A stretch of DNA of 64,000 nucleotides from Methanomassiliicoccales archaeon (GTDB lineage: Archaea > Thermoplasmatota > Thermoplasmata > Methanomassiliicoccales > UBA472): positions 3,017 to 67,016 of the forward strand of contig JAVYMA010000009.1 of NCBI GenBank assembly GCA_038740345.1. Direction: 5' to 3'. Position 1 is the first letter of the stretch, and each line of letters opens with the position of its first letter. The notes under the pieces were generated by a model, which was not told where the DNA came from, ran no database searches, and saw only the letters and a list, made by a program, of their open reading frames with translations. The translations under genes were made by a program, and so were the position numbers. Below, in pieces: positions 55,910 to 64,000 of this stretch.

Positions 55910-57808
55910 ATGAAACTCTTCCCCTATCCACCTAGAAAGCATCAAAATGAGATTGTAGCATGCATTTTGTCGAGCCTGCGGGATAGAGGGCACATCGTGA
56001 TGGAGAGCGGGACGGGAACGGGGAAGACCGTTTGCGCCTTATCGGCTTCGCTGGAAGTGGCTTTAGCCGCAGGGCGTAAAGTAGTATACCTTACCAGGAC
56101 CAACTCTCAGCAGCGACAAGTCATCCTGGAGCTCCGCCGCATAAATTCTCAGGCTAAAATATTCGGATTGGGGGTGCAGGGGCGACAATCAACCTGTCCG
56201 CTCTTCTCCCGCGACCCGGAATTGAAGCAGGGGAACGCAGAGGAACTCTCCCGGCTATGTGGGGAGCGCAAGCGCAGATCCTTAACAGGAAAGGAAGGAG
56301 GCTGCCGTTTCTACGAAGCCATGCTGAGCTACCCTTTTGAAAGCATTCTGGAGTATTGTCAAAGAGAGTTGCCTACAGTGGAAGAGTTCTCCCAATATTG
56401 CGAATCGCTCGCCCTGTGTCCATATGAGTTGAACAAAGAGCTGCTGTCATATGCCACTGTTGTCACTGCTCCCTACGCCTATTTTTTCACCCCTTTCGTT
56501 AGAGAGTCTTTCATTGACAGGTTGAACGTCCCCCTCTCTGACATAATTATAGTGGTGGATGAAGCGCATAACCTCCCCGAATACGCTCGGGAATCCCGCT
56601 CTCTCCAGCTATCCAAAGCTTCCCTAATCATGGTGCAGAGGGAATTGGATGAGTATGGGGACCCAGAGGTTGCCGAGGGCGTGAGCATCAGGGATGTAGC
56701 CGAGCGTTTGCAAGTAATGTTGGAGGAAGCGGTTAAAGAATATGTCCTGGATGAGGATGGCCTGATACCTCCAGACCTGCTCACGGTGGGGCTCATGCAG
56801 GCTTTCGCCCTCACTTCTAGGCAATTGGGCATTGCCTGCAAGGCCATCATGACTCACGGAGAGATAATAAGAGAGAGCAAGAAGGAGCAAGGGCGATTGC
56901 CGCGCTCTTACATCTATTCATTAGGGGCGTTCCTAAGCCTCTGGCTCAAGTTGGATGAGGATTACTACGTCAAGCTTGTGGTGGGGGGCGATAATCCTCG
57001 CTTCGAAGCTTATTGTCTCGACCCGTCCTTAGCTTGTAGCTTCTTCCATGACTGCGCCGGCTCGCTTCACATGTCTGGAACCCTTGCCCCTTTACACGAA
57101 TACCGCGATTCCATAGGTCTACCAGAAGGTACCATTCTCCGCGCCTTTCCCTCACCATTCGATCCAGCAAATCGTCTGATTCTATACGCAGAGGATGTCA
57201 CCACGAAGTACGAGGACATGGTCAAGGATGAGGAGATATTAGTCCGAATGGAGGATTACGTCATTCGATGCTGCAATGCGCTAGACCGGAACACGGTGGT
57301 ATTCTTTCCCTCGTACGGATTGATGGACCGCTTCCTGTCCGATGGCGTTCTGGCGAAGATCCGGAAAAAGGTATTCGTGGAAGAAAGGGGCATGCCCCAA
57401 GCGGAACTTATGGAGTCAGTGGCAAGCTTCAAGATGCAGTCGGCGGAGGGGCAGGTGCTCTTCGCGGTGATGGGTGGAAGGGTGAGCGAAGGAATCGATT
57501 TTCCGGATAGGGAGCTGGAAGTCGCTCTTCTTGTAGGTATTCCATATCCTAAGCCAACGGCAAGACAGCGAGCGCTGCTGCACTATTACGAGATCAAGTT
57601 CGGAAAAGGTTGGGAGTACACGGTAAAGGTTCCGGCCGCTAGGAAGATAAAGCAGTGCATAGGACGACTCATCCGCAACGAGACGGATGTGGGAGCAGCG
57701 GTGATTTTTGATAAGAGAGCTAAGCATTTCGCTGATCAGCTGGAAATGCGGGTCGCTAACACTCTTCCTAATGACCTTTTGAGTTTCTTCTCCTTCAAAG
57801 GCCTTTAG
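55910..57808 (+). CDS. xpd: XPD/Rad3-family ATP-dependent 5'-3' DNA helicase with Fe-S domain
   Basis: FPYPPRKHQ, Walker A ESGTGTGKT, the DEAH box VVDEAHNL, an Fe-S Cys cluster (CPLF...CGER...CRFY...CPYE), and C-terminal motifs (FFPSY, GRVSEGIDF, QCIGRLIR). Confidence 0.88.
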   Translation: MKLFPYPPRKHQNEIVACILSSLRDRGHIVMESGTGTGKTVCALSASLEVALAAGRKVVYLTRTNSQQRQVILELRRINSQAKIFGLGVQGRQSTCPLFSRDPELKQGNAEELSRLCGERKRRSLTGKEGGCRFYEAMLSYPFESILEYCQRELPTVEEFSQYCESLALCPYELNKELLSYATVVTAPYAYFFTPFVRESFIDRLNVPLSDIIIVVDEAHNLPEYARESRSLQLSKASLIMVQRELDEYGDPEVAEGVSIRDVAERLQVMLEEAVKEYVLDEDGLIPPDLLTVGLMQAFALTSRQLGIACKAIMTHGEIIRESKKEQGRLPRSYIYSLGAFLSLWLKLDEDYYVKLVVGGDNPRFEAYCLDPSLACSFFHDCAGSLHMSGTLAPLHEYRDSIGLPEGTILRAFPSPFDPANRLILYAEDVTTKYEDMVKDEEILVRMEDYVIRCCNALDRNTVVFFPSYGLMDRFLSDGVLAKIRKKVFVEERGMPQAELMESVASFKMQSAEGQVLFAVMGGRVSEGIDFPDRELEVALLVGIPYPKPTARQRALLHYYEIKFGKGWEYTVKVPAARKIKQCIGRLIRNETDVGAAVIFDKRAKHFADQLEMRVANTLPNDLLSFFSFKGL

Positions 57809-57844
57809 CGAAAGGTTCTAAACGCCGCGTTGAAATCCTGAGGC

Positions 57845-58408
57845 GTGGACACGCTGACCTCCATAGCTTTGGGCATATGGGTGTTCTTGCCCGCCATGGT
57901 GCCAAACTCAGCGGCCGTGTTCTTCGGCGGAGGGTTGCCAATGGATATGGGGCGGACCTGGAGGGGAAAGCGCATCCTCGGCGACGGGAAGACATGGAGA
58001 GGTTTTCTCGGCGGTACGCTCACTGGCATCCTAGTGGGACTGATTCAGCTTCTGGTGGGGGATCTTTTAGGTTCGGAAGATTATTTAGGATTCGGACTGA
58101 TGCCTGAGGCTCTTCTAATAATCCTGGCCTTGGCCATAGGCTCCTTGTTGGGAGACTTAGGGGGGGCATTCGTAAAAAGGAGGCTAGGATTGGAGAGAGG
58201 CGCCAAGGTCACGGGTTTAGATCAATATGATTTCGTGGTGGGCGCTTTACTGCTAGCGCTGCTGGTGCAGCCTCAATGGATATCGGAAAGGTATTTGCAA
58301 GGTTTGGGGATTGTGGCCTTAGCCGTCCTCCTGTTGGTGGTGCCAGTGATCCATAGATTGGTGAACATAATCGGTTTCAAGAAGGGGTTGAAGAAGGAGC
58401 CTTGGTGA
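57845..58408 (+). CDS. carS: CDP-archaeol synthase (CarS, DUF46)
   Basis: FLPAMVPNSAAVFFGGGLPMDMG...RILGDGKTWRGFLGG is the CarS signature. It has 5 TM helices and a GTG start. Confidence 0.8.
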   Translation: MDTLTSIALGIWVFLPAMVPNSAAVFFGGGLPMDMGRTWRGKRILGDGKTWRGFLGGTLTGILVGLIQLLVGDLLGSEDYLGFGLMPEALLIILALAIGSLLGDLGGAFVKRRLGLERGAKVTGLDQYDFVVGALLLALLVQPQWISERYLQGLGIVALAVLLLVVPVIHRLVNIIGFKKGLKKEPW

Positions 58409-58409
58409 A

Positions 58410-58943
58410 ATGAGCAAGATGAGATTGAAGGAGATACTGAAGGAGTGTGGGGCGCTGGTGTACGGTGACTTCACCCTGGCCTCTGGGAAAAGGAGCAACT
58501 ATTACATCGACATAAAGAGGGCATCCACGGACCCCATGGTGTTGGCGGAGATAACCGAGGAGATGGCCGGCATGGTTTTGGCTAAGGAGCTGGCCTTCGA
58601 TCGCATAGCTGGGGTGGTGCTCGGTTCTGTGCCTCTGGCGGTAGCCCTTTCCCTTCGCACTGGAATTCCATACGTTATGGTGCGCAAGGAGCGCAAGGAT
58701 CATGGTACATCGAAGATGATCGAGGGGGACCTTAGACAGAACGATAGGGTTCTGGTGGTGGAAGATGTCGTGACTTCCGCCGCCTCTTCGACTCAGGCCA
58801 TTGAGGTATTGAGAGCTGCGGGGGCTAAGGTGGAAGCGGTCCTCACCGTGATCGATAGGCAGGAAGGTGGAATGGAGCGCTTGAGAGATTATGGCGTAGA
58901 GCTTTTTCCCTTGCTCACCGCCAAGGATCTGTTGGAGGCATGA
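58410..58943 (+). CDS. pyrE: Orotate phosphoribosyltransferase
   Basis: GDFTLASGKRSNYYID and the PRPP motif VLVVEDVVTSAAS. Confidence 0.88.
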   Translation: MSKMRLKEILKECGALVYGDFTLASGKRSNYYIDIKRASTDPMVLAEITEEMAGMVLAKELAFDRIAGVVLGSVPLAVALSLRTGIPYVMVRKERKDHGTSKMIEGDLRQNDRVLVVEDVVTSAASSTQAIEVLRAAGAKVEAVLTVIDRQEGGMERLRDYGVELFPLLTAKDLLEA

Positions 58944-58944
58944 T

Positions 58945-59481
58945 ATGTTGATAGATCTAGATTGCGATCTATGTCAACTTAAGCAGGGTCGCACAAAAGT
59001 GGTTGCACCGGCAGGAGATCTTTTCTCGCCTGTAGTTTTCGTAGGAGAAGCGCCAGGTGAAAAAGAGGACCTCTATGGTGTGCCTTTCGTAGGCCGCGCG
59101 GGCAAATTATTGGACCGAATACTGGAGGAGGAAAAGCTTCCCCGCGACAGTATCATGATAACGAATGTGGTGAAATGTCGGCCTCCGGGTAATCGGCGAC
59201 CAAAGCAAGAGGAGATTGAGGCTTGCCTTGCCTATTTGGAGGATGAGCTTAGGGGAAGGGAACTTATCGTGACCCTGGGCAAGACGGCATCTGAGTGCAT
59301 CCTGGGTCGAGACTTAAAGATGAAGGAAGTGGCGAATCAGATCTTCACCGTATCGCTGCGAGGGGAGAGGATAGATGTGATGCCAACTTATCATCCTTCA
59401 GCAGCGCTCAGGAACTTAGAGGCGAAAGAAGGTCTTCGGAACGCTATTAAAACCGTCAAGCAGAGGTTTCCCCACTTCTGA
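58945..59481 (+). CDS. udg: Uracil-DNA glycosylase, family 4
   Basis: CDLCQL...VVFVGEAPGEKEDLYGVPFVGRAGKLLD...KCRPPGNR...HPSA. Confidence 0.85.
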   Translation: MLIDLDCDLCQLKQGRTKVVAPAGDLFSPVVFVGEAPGEKEDLYGVPFVGRAGKLLDRILEEEKLPRDSIMITNVVKCRPPGNRRPKQEEIEACLAYLEDELRGRELIVTLGKTASECILGRDLKMKEVANQIFTVSLRGERIDVMPTYHPSAALRNLEAKEGLRNAIKTVKQRFPHF

Positions 59482-59493
59482 ACCTCTGGGGAA

Positions 59494-60165
59494 CTATGCT
59501 ATGAATCTCTTCCTCCACAGGAATTTGAAATTCTTCCATCCGTCCTTCCAAGAGGAGAGTTTTACCTCTCCCACTCTTTTTCTATACACGATAGGCACCT
59601 CTCGCGCCCTAAGATTGCGAAAAGCCTCTATCTTAATCTCTTCTGAGAAAGGCATCCCATCGTTGGTAAGATTCAACTTCTTTAGGCACTCCTTGCGGAA
59701 TACCCACATACCGCTTTGCGAGTCTTTGAACCTGACGTGGAAAAGGAGGCGAGCAGTGAATGTTAGCAATTTATTGCCAAAGCGATGCATTCCAGACATC
59801 GCCCCTTCTTCCATATTTGCGAAGCGATCCGTAGTTATGAAATCCAAGCCCTCTGAGAATAGCATCGCTACTAATCTGGGTATCTCTTCTGCAGGGTAGG
59901 TGCAGTCAGCGTCCAAGGTAGCAATAACCTCCCCTTGTGCCGCCTGGAAACCTGTTTTGTAGGCTCTTCCGTACCCCCTTCGCTGCTCCTCGATAACCTT
60001 CGCACCCTTGGACGCGGCGATCTCTTTAGTCCTGTCCTGTGAGATATCCACGATCAGCACCTCATAAGCATAGCTCGAAGTGCTCATCGCAGCGTTTATG
60101 GCGTCCATCACCGCTCCGATGGACTCCTCTTCGTTCATGGTCGGAATCACTATGCTTACCTTCAA
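59494..60165 (-). CDS. Family 2 glycosyltransferase (dolichyl-phosphate sugar synthase-like)
   Basis: VSIVIPTMNEEESIGAV...DADCTYP. I place the start at TTG 60163-60165, which is preceded by GGAGGA and avoids a 118-nt overlap with the upstream gene. The ORF is open to 60318. Confidence 0.75.
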   Translation of the reverse strand: MKVSIVIPTMNEEESIGAVMDAINAAMSTSSYAYEVLIVDISQDRTKEIAASKGAKVIEEQRRGYGRAYKTGFQAAQGEVIATLDADCTYPAEEIPRLVAMLFSEGLDFITTDRFANMEEGAMSGMHRFGNKLLTFTARLLFHVRFKDSQSGMWVFRKECLKKLNLTNDGMPFSEEIKIEAFRNLRAREVPIVYRKRVGEVKLSSWKDGWKNFKFLWRKRFIA

Positions 60166-60200
60166 TGGAGCACGTCCTCCATGCTTAACCAGAGACGCGG

Positions 60201-61025
60201 TTAAAATGTTTGCTTCTCCTGCACTCCCATGAGGCGCTTGGAATAGGGAGGCCTGGCGTCGAAAAGCTTGTAGCCCACGTATCCCATGAGCGCCACGGCC
60301 AGCCTGGTGAGTGACCAAAAAGTCATTCTCTGCTTGAACATGCGCATTGGATCATATTTATCCCATAGCCTCCCATGCTTCAAGGTGAGCTGCTTCCTAC
60401 CCACTCCATTCCAGAAAGCCTGTTTATAGAAACGATAGATGGTGGCTTTGGTACGATGGTAAACGATGGCGTTAGGATTATACACTATCTTGTAACCCGC
60501 ATCCGCAGCTCTATAGTTCAAATCTATGTCCTCAGCGGTGACAAACCAAGTGTCGAATCCCTTCACCTTCTCTATCACATCCCGTCGGAAGGCCTCGTTG
60601 GCGCTAGGATATGAGCAATCCACGCCTTTGTAATAGAGCTCGACCCTGTCCAACTCCTCCCATGCTTTCAGGCCGATGTTTATGCACTTGCCAGCTACAA
60701 TAGGCGCTCCCTCTTGAATCGTCTTGCGCAGCTCCTTTACCCAAAAGGGATTGGCTATGCAGTCACCACCCGTGAAGGCGATGATGTCCCCTGTGGCCTT
60801 GGAAATCCCGAAATTGGTGCTATGGCCACGCGAACCAGGCTCCACATATACTTTTATGAAAGGGTATCTCTGAGCATAACTTTGAGCGATCTCCAGCGTC
60901 CGATCCTTAGATTTTGCGTCCACTACTATGATCTCTAACGGCTGCTCCTGGACCACTAAGGAATCGAGCAAATCGGATATATTCTTCTCCTCATTCATCA
61001 CATTCAGGACTACGCTGACCAACAT
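60201..61025 (-). CDS. Family 2 glycosyltransferase
   Basis: MLVSVVLNVMNEEKNISDLLDSLVVQ...IIVVDAKSKDRT...GGDC is a GT-A fold N-terminus. Confidence 0.75.
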   Translation of the reverse strand: MLVSVVLNVMNEEKNISDLLDSLVVQEQPLEIIVVDAKSKDRTLEIAQSYAQRYPFIKVYVEPGSRGHSTNFGISKATGDIIAFTGGDCIANPFWVKELRKTIQEGAPIVAGKCINIGLKAWEELDRVELYYKGVDCSYPSANEAFRRDVIEKVKGFDTWFVTAEDIDLNYRAADAGYKIVYNPNAIVYHRTKATIYRFYKQAFWNGVGRKQLTLKHGRLWDKYDPMRMFKQRMTFWSLTRLAVALMGYVGYKLFDARPPYSKRLMGVQEKQTF

Positions 61026-61083
61026 CCTGACGCCTAATTCCCTAATTGAATTAATAAGTGTCGAGTGATGAGTGCTTATATGC

Positions 61084-62154
61084 TTAAAAACTCAATCTCC
61101 TCAGGCGAGAAACTATCCTCTTGGAGGCTCCAGGCGTTCCAAAGGGGTTTCCTTTAAACTTCTTCACCTTAAAGTCCTTGCTCAAGGCCTTAATTATTTT
61201 CTCAGGATCAGAGCCAACAAGGATGTTCATACCCCCCCTCAGCGTCTCGGGCCATTCCGTGGTGTCACGCATGGTAACGCATCTCACTCCGAGAAGGTAG
61301 CTCTCCTTTTGAATTCCCCCTGAGTCGGTGAGAATTACTCTTGCGTTCGACATTAGTCGTATCATATCCACATATCCCAAAGGATCGATAAGGCTCAGAT
61401 TACCTGGGAGATTGTGGATAAGTCCCTCGGTTTGCAAAGCCTTGCGCGTTCTAGGATGTACAGGAAAGATCACCCTCTCTTCAATTCGAGACAGGGCTGA
61501 AATTATCCTCCTGAGATTTTGTGGGTTATCCGTGTTCTGGGATCGATGCATGGTCATGGCGATGTATTTCCCCTTCTCTAAATTCAATGATTCTATCATG
61601 GGTGAGGGAGCTGCGGCAGCCTTTTTCGCCATGGCCAATGAGTCTACCATCACATCTCCAACCCTATAGACTCCTTTACGTATTCCCTCCTTTGAGAGAT
61701 TCTCCACCGCCCTTTCCGTGGGGGCGAAGAGCACAGATGATACGTGGTCTGTGAGCACTCTATTGATTTCTTCAGGCATCTTGCGGTCGTAGGAGCGCAA
61801 CCCTGCTTCGACATGACAAACTGGAATGTTTAATTTGGCTGCTGCTAACGCTCCTGCCAAGGTCGAATTTGTATCGCCGTAGACTATGACCAGCTTGGGT
61901 TTGACCTCGATTAAAGTCTTCTCGATGGCCTCCAGGGCTCTTCCAGTCTGCTCCCCATGGCTGCCGGAACCCACATTGAGGTTGTAATCTGGCTCCGGTA
62001 TCTGCAATTCATCGAAGAACACCTTGGACATCTCATAATCATAATGCTGACCGGTATGAATTAGAATCTCATGGTCTTTCTTTCTGATCTCTTTGGAGAG
62101 AGGGGCGCATTTTACAAATTGAGGTCTGGCGCCAACCACGGTAGCGATTCTCAC
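61084..62154 (-). CDS. wecB: UDP-N-acetylglucosamine 2-epimerase (non-hydrolysing, WecB/WbpI-like)
   Basis: MRIATVVGARPQFVKCAPL...HTGQHYDYEMS...GDTNSTLAGALAA...HVEAGLRS...DSGGIQKE. Confidence 0.88.
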   Translation of the reverse strand: MRIATVVGARPQFVKCAPLSKEIRKKDHEILIHTGQHYDYEMSKVFFDELQIPEPDYNLNVGSGSHGEQTGRALEAIEKTLIEVKPKLVIVYGDTNSTLAGALAAAKLNIPVCHVEAGLRSYDRKMPEEINRVLTDHVSSVLFAPTERAVENLSKEGIRKGVYRVGDVMVDSLAMAKKAAAAPSPMIESLNLEKGKYIAMTMHRSQNTDNPQNLRRIISALSRIEERVIFPVHPRTRKALQTEGLIHNLPGNLSLIDPLGYVDMIRLMSNARVILTDSGGIQKESYLLGVRCVTMRDTTEWPETLRGGMNILVGSDPEKIIKALSKDFKVKKFKGNPFGTPGASKRIVSRLRRLSF

Positions 62155-62249
62155 GCGCCGCTCATCAGATTCCTTCTATTTCTGGGTTATCCTTCAAAGG
62201 ATTCATCCAGAAAATATTTCGCGCACTTTCTAAGGACAAACCTTTAATC

Positions 62250-62756
62250 ATGGCGGGACTATGGACGAGACGCATGAATGAAGCTCCACAGAACTCAAAA
62301 TTCAAATTACTGGCAAAATTCTATTCCATCAATGACTGCGAGATAGGAGAAGGCACCATTGTCAGGGATTTTGTGAATTTATATGGATGTAAGATAGGTC
62401 GTGATTGCAAGATTGCGGCTTTTACCGAGATACAAAGAGGGGTTATTATTGGCGATAGGTGCAAGATAGAGGCCTTCGCCTTCATACCTTCTGGCGTTAC
62501 TATAGAGGACGAGGTCTTCATCGGTCCGCATGCGACCTTCACCAATGACCTGCATCCGCGCGCCGTGGGAGATTGGAGCATCACGCCCACACTGGTCAAA
62601 AAAGGAGCCTCGATCGGGGCTAATGCCACTATAGTGTGCGGCATCACCATAGGGGAAGGTGCCATGGTTGGAGCAGGTTCAGTTGTGACCAAAAACGTCC
62701 CGCCCAGAACCTTGGTGGTGGGTAATCCTGCTAGGGTCATCAAGAATCTAAGGTGA
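62250..62756 (+). CDS. Left-handed beta-helix (hexapeptide) acyltransferase, amino-sugar N-acetyltransferase (WbpD-like)
   Basis: Hexapeptide repeats run throughout (IGEGTIV, IGRDCKI, IGDRCKI, IGANATI, IGEGAMVGAGSVV). An alternative ATG lies at 62275. Confidence 0.7.
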   Translation: MAGLWTRRMNEAPQNSKFKLLAKFYSINDCEIGEGTIVRDFVNLYGCKIGRDCKIAAFTEIQRGVIIGDRCKIEAFAFIPSGVTIEDEVFIGPHATFTNDLHPRAVGDWSITPTLVKKGASIGANATIVCGITIGEGAMVGAGSVVTKNVPPRTLVVGNPARVIKNLR

Positions 62757-62764
62757 GAAGTGCG

Positions 62765-63862
62765 ATGAAAATACCGCTGTCGAGACCAGAAATGACGCCA
62801 GAGATGATCGAAGCCGCCGCTTCAGCATTGAGGAACGAGCGCTTAGTCATGGGAGAGAGCGTTAAGAAATTCGAGGAAGAGTTCGCCCGTTACATCGGCA
62901 CGGACTATGCCATTTCCTGTTCTTCAGGGACGAACGCGCTGCAGATGGCGCTCATAGCGGCGAAGGTCTGCGGCAAAGAGGTGCTTACTACCCCGTTCAC
63001 TTTCATAGCTAGCGCCAACGCAGTGATTCAAGCAGGCGCTATTCCGCGATTCTCAGATGTAAATGAGTTAGATTATAATTTGGACGTCATAAAATTGGTC
63101 AAGACGATTGGAAAAGATACAGCTGGAATCCTGCCAGTGCATCTCTATGGGCATCCAACGGACATGGATCCTGTGGTGGATATATGCAAAAAAAGAAAAC
63201 TCCTGCTGGTGGAGGACGCTTGCCAGGCTCATGGAGCTGTTTATAAAGGAAAAAAAGTAGGATCGATCGGCGATATGGGCTGCTTCTCCTTCTATCCCAC
63301 TAAGAATATGACGGTAGGAGGAGATGGAGGAATGATAACCACCAATGATGAGAAGTTAGCCAAGGAGTTGGCCAAGCTTAGGGACTGTGGGAGGGTCTCG
63401 CGCTACGTCCATGACGTCGTCGGCTACACTTCCAGGCTCAATTCATGCAATGCAGCCATCGGACTGATACAGCTAAGGAACTTGGACTCATATAACGAGA
63501 AAAGGCGAGAGTTGGCTAATCTTTATGCCAAGGAGCTGAAGGGACTCGAGAGTATACGTCTTCCTCCTTTAGGCGGGAGTGAAATCAGGCCAGTGTTCCA
63601 TCTTTTTGTGATTAGATGCCAAAGGCGCGATGATTTAGCAAAATACTTGGAGATGAGAGGGATCGAGGTAGGCGTCCATTATCCACTGCCTGTCCATCTG
63701 CAGCCGATATATCAGCAGATGTATGGGTATCGAGGGGGGGAGTTCCCCGTGAGCGAAAGGCTGGCTAAAGAATTGATGTCTCTTCCCATGTTCCCCTCAC
63801 TCACATCATCAGAAGTGAAGGAGATTTGCGACGTGATAAAAGAATTTTATTGGGGGTTATAG
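62765..63862 (+). CDS. DegT/DnrJ/EryC1/StrS-family PLP aminotransferase (WbpE-like)
   Basis: IPLSRPEMTPEMIEA..., CSSGTNALQMAL, DACQAHGA and SFYPTKNMT (the Lys motif). The ORF is open from GTG 62753. Confidence 0.85.
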   Translation: MKIPLSRPEMTPEMIEAAASALRNERLVMGESVKKFEEEFARYIGTDYAISCSSGTNALQMALIAAKVCGKEVLTTPFTFIASANAVIQAGAIPRFSDVNELDYNLDVIKLVKTIGKDTAGILPVHLYGHPTDMDPVVDICKKRKLLLVEDACQAHGAVYKGKKVGSIGDMGCFSFYPTKNMTVGGDGGMITTNDEKLAKELAKLRDCGRVSRYVHDVVGYTSRLNSCNAAIGLIQLRNLDSYNEKRRELANLYAKELKGLESIRLPPLGGSEIRPVFHLFVIRCQRRDDLAKYLEMRGIEVGVHYPLPVHLQPIYQQMYGYRGGEFPVSERLAKELMSLPMFPSLTSSEVKEICDVIKEFYWGL

Positions 63863-64000
63863 ATGCCGAAGTTCCAGGTAGGGGTTCTGGGAGTAGGGTA
63901 TTGGGGGCGCAAGATTGTGGAGGAATGGAGCGCCATTCCTAACGTTCAGGTGAAAGCGGTGTCTGACCTTTCTGATAGGAATTTAGAGATGGCTAGGGAA
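63863..64000 (+). CDS. Gfo/Idh/MocA-family oxidoreductase (WbpB-like), 3' end beyond window
   Basis: MPKFQVGVLGVGYWGRKIVEEW... is a Rossmann N-terminus. It starts 1 nt after the aminotransferase stop. Confidence 0.65.
   Translation, partial: MPKFQVGVLGVGYWGRKIVEEWSAIPNVQVKAVSDLSDRNLEMARE

Overview
This is an archaeal chromosomal segment, densely coded on both strands. The archaeal call rests on eS17, uS2, RNA polymerase subunit Rpo6/K, an RPA plus RPA-associated protein pair, CDP-archaeol synthase, PurP, Nep1, archaeal-type PEP carboxylase, and tRNA introns flanked by bulge-helix-bulge motifs. The protein content looks euryarchaeal or Thermoplasmatota-like, but that is inference only.

I call about 65 protein genes:
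- Housekeeping blocks: pcm, thyX, rps17e, an ABC-2 exporter, an NFACT/Rqc2 homologue, leuCD-type dehydratase, rpoK-rps2, rpa, purP, nep1, pdxS, a serC-like gene with serA, xpd, carS, pyrE and udg.
- A more accessory-looking middle part (about 9-33 kb): secreted metalloprotease, alkaline phosphatase, two photolyase classes, orphan hypE, ppcA, a histidine kinase, an ArsA/ArsD-like pair, rubrerythrin, and a secreted beta-propeller with a membrane wHTH regulator.
- Two blocks of nucleotide-sugar and glycosyltransferase genes (46-50 kb and 59.5-64 kb).

I also call four tRNAs and two decayed genes (a CBS-pair gene and an SPFH/band-7 gene).

The most unusual sequence-level observation is that two of the four tRNAs, Thr-GGU and Val-UAC, are interrupted in the D-arm rather than at 37/38. 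Their introns are 25 and 32 nt, and each is framed by a hand-foldable 3-nt bulge / 4-bp helix / 3-nt bulge motif.

The second most interesting item is an uncharacterised module: a secreted beta-propeller, a two-TM ArsR-type regulator and a membrane-anchored helical protein. It sits behind a 500-bp AT-rich gap that carries a perfect 8-N4-8 palindrome.

I saw no CRISPR array, integrase, transposase or recognisable defence system. All calls come from reading the sequence and ORF translations by eye; no searches were run.
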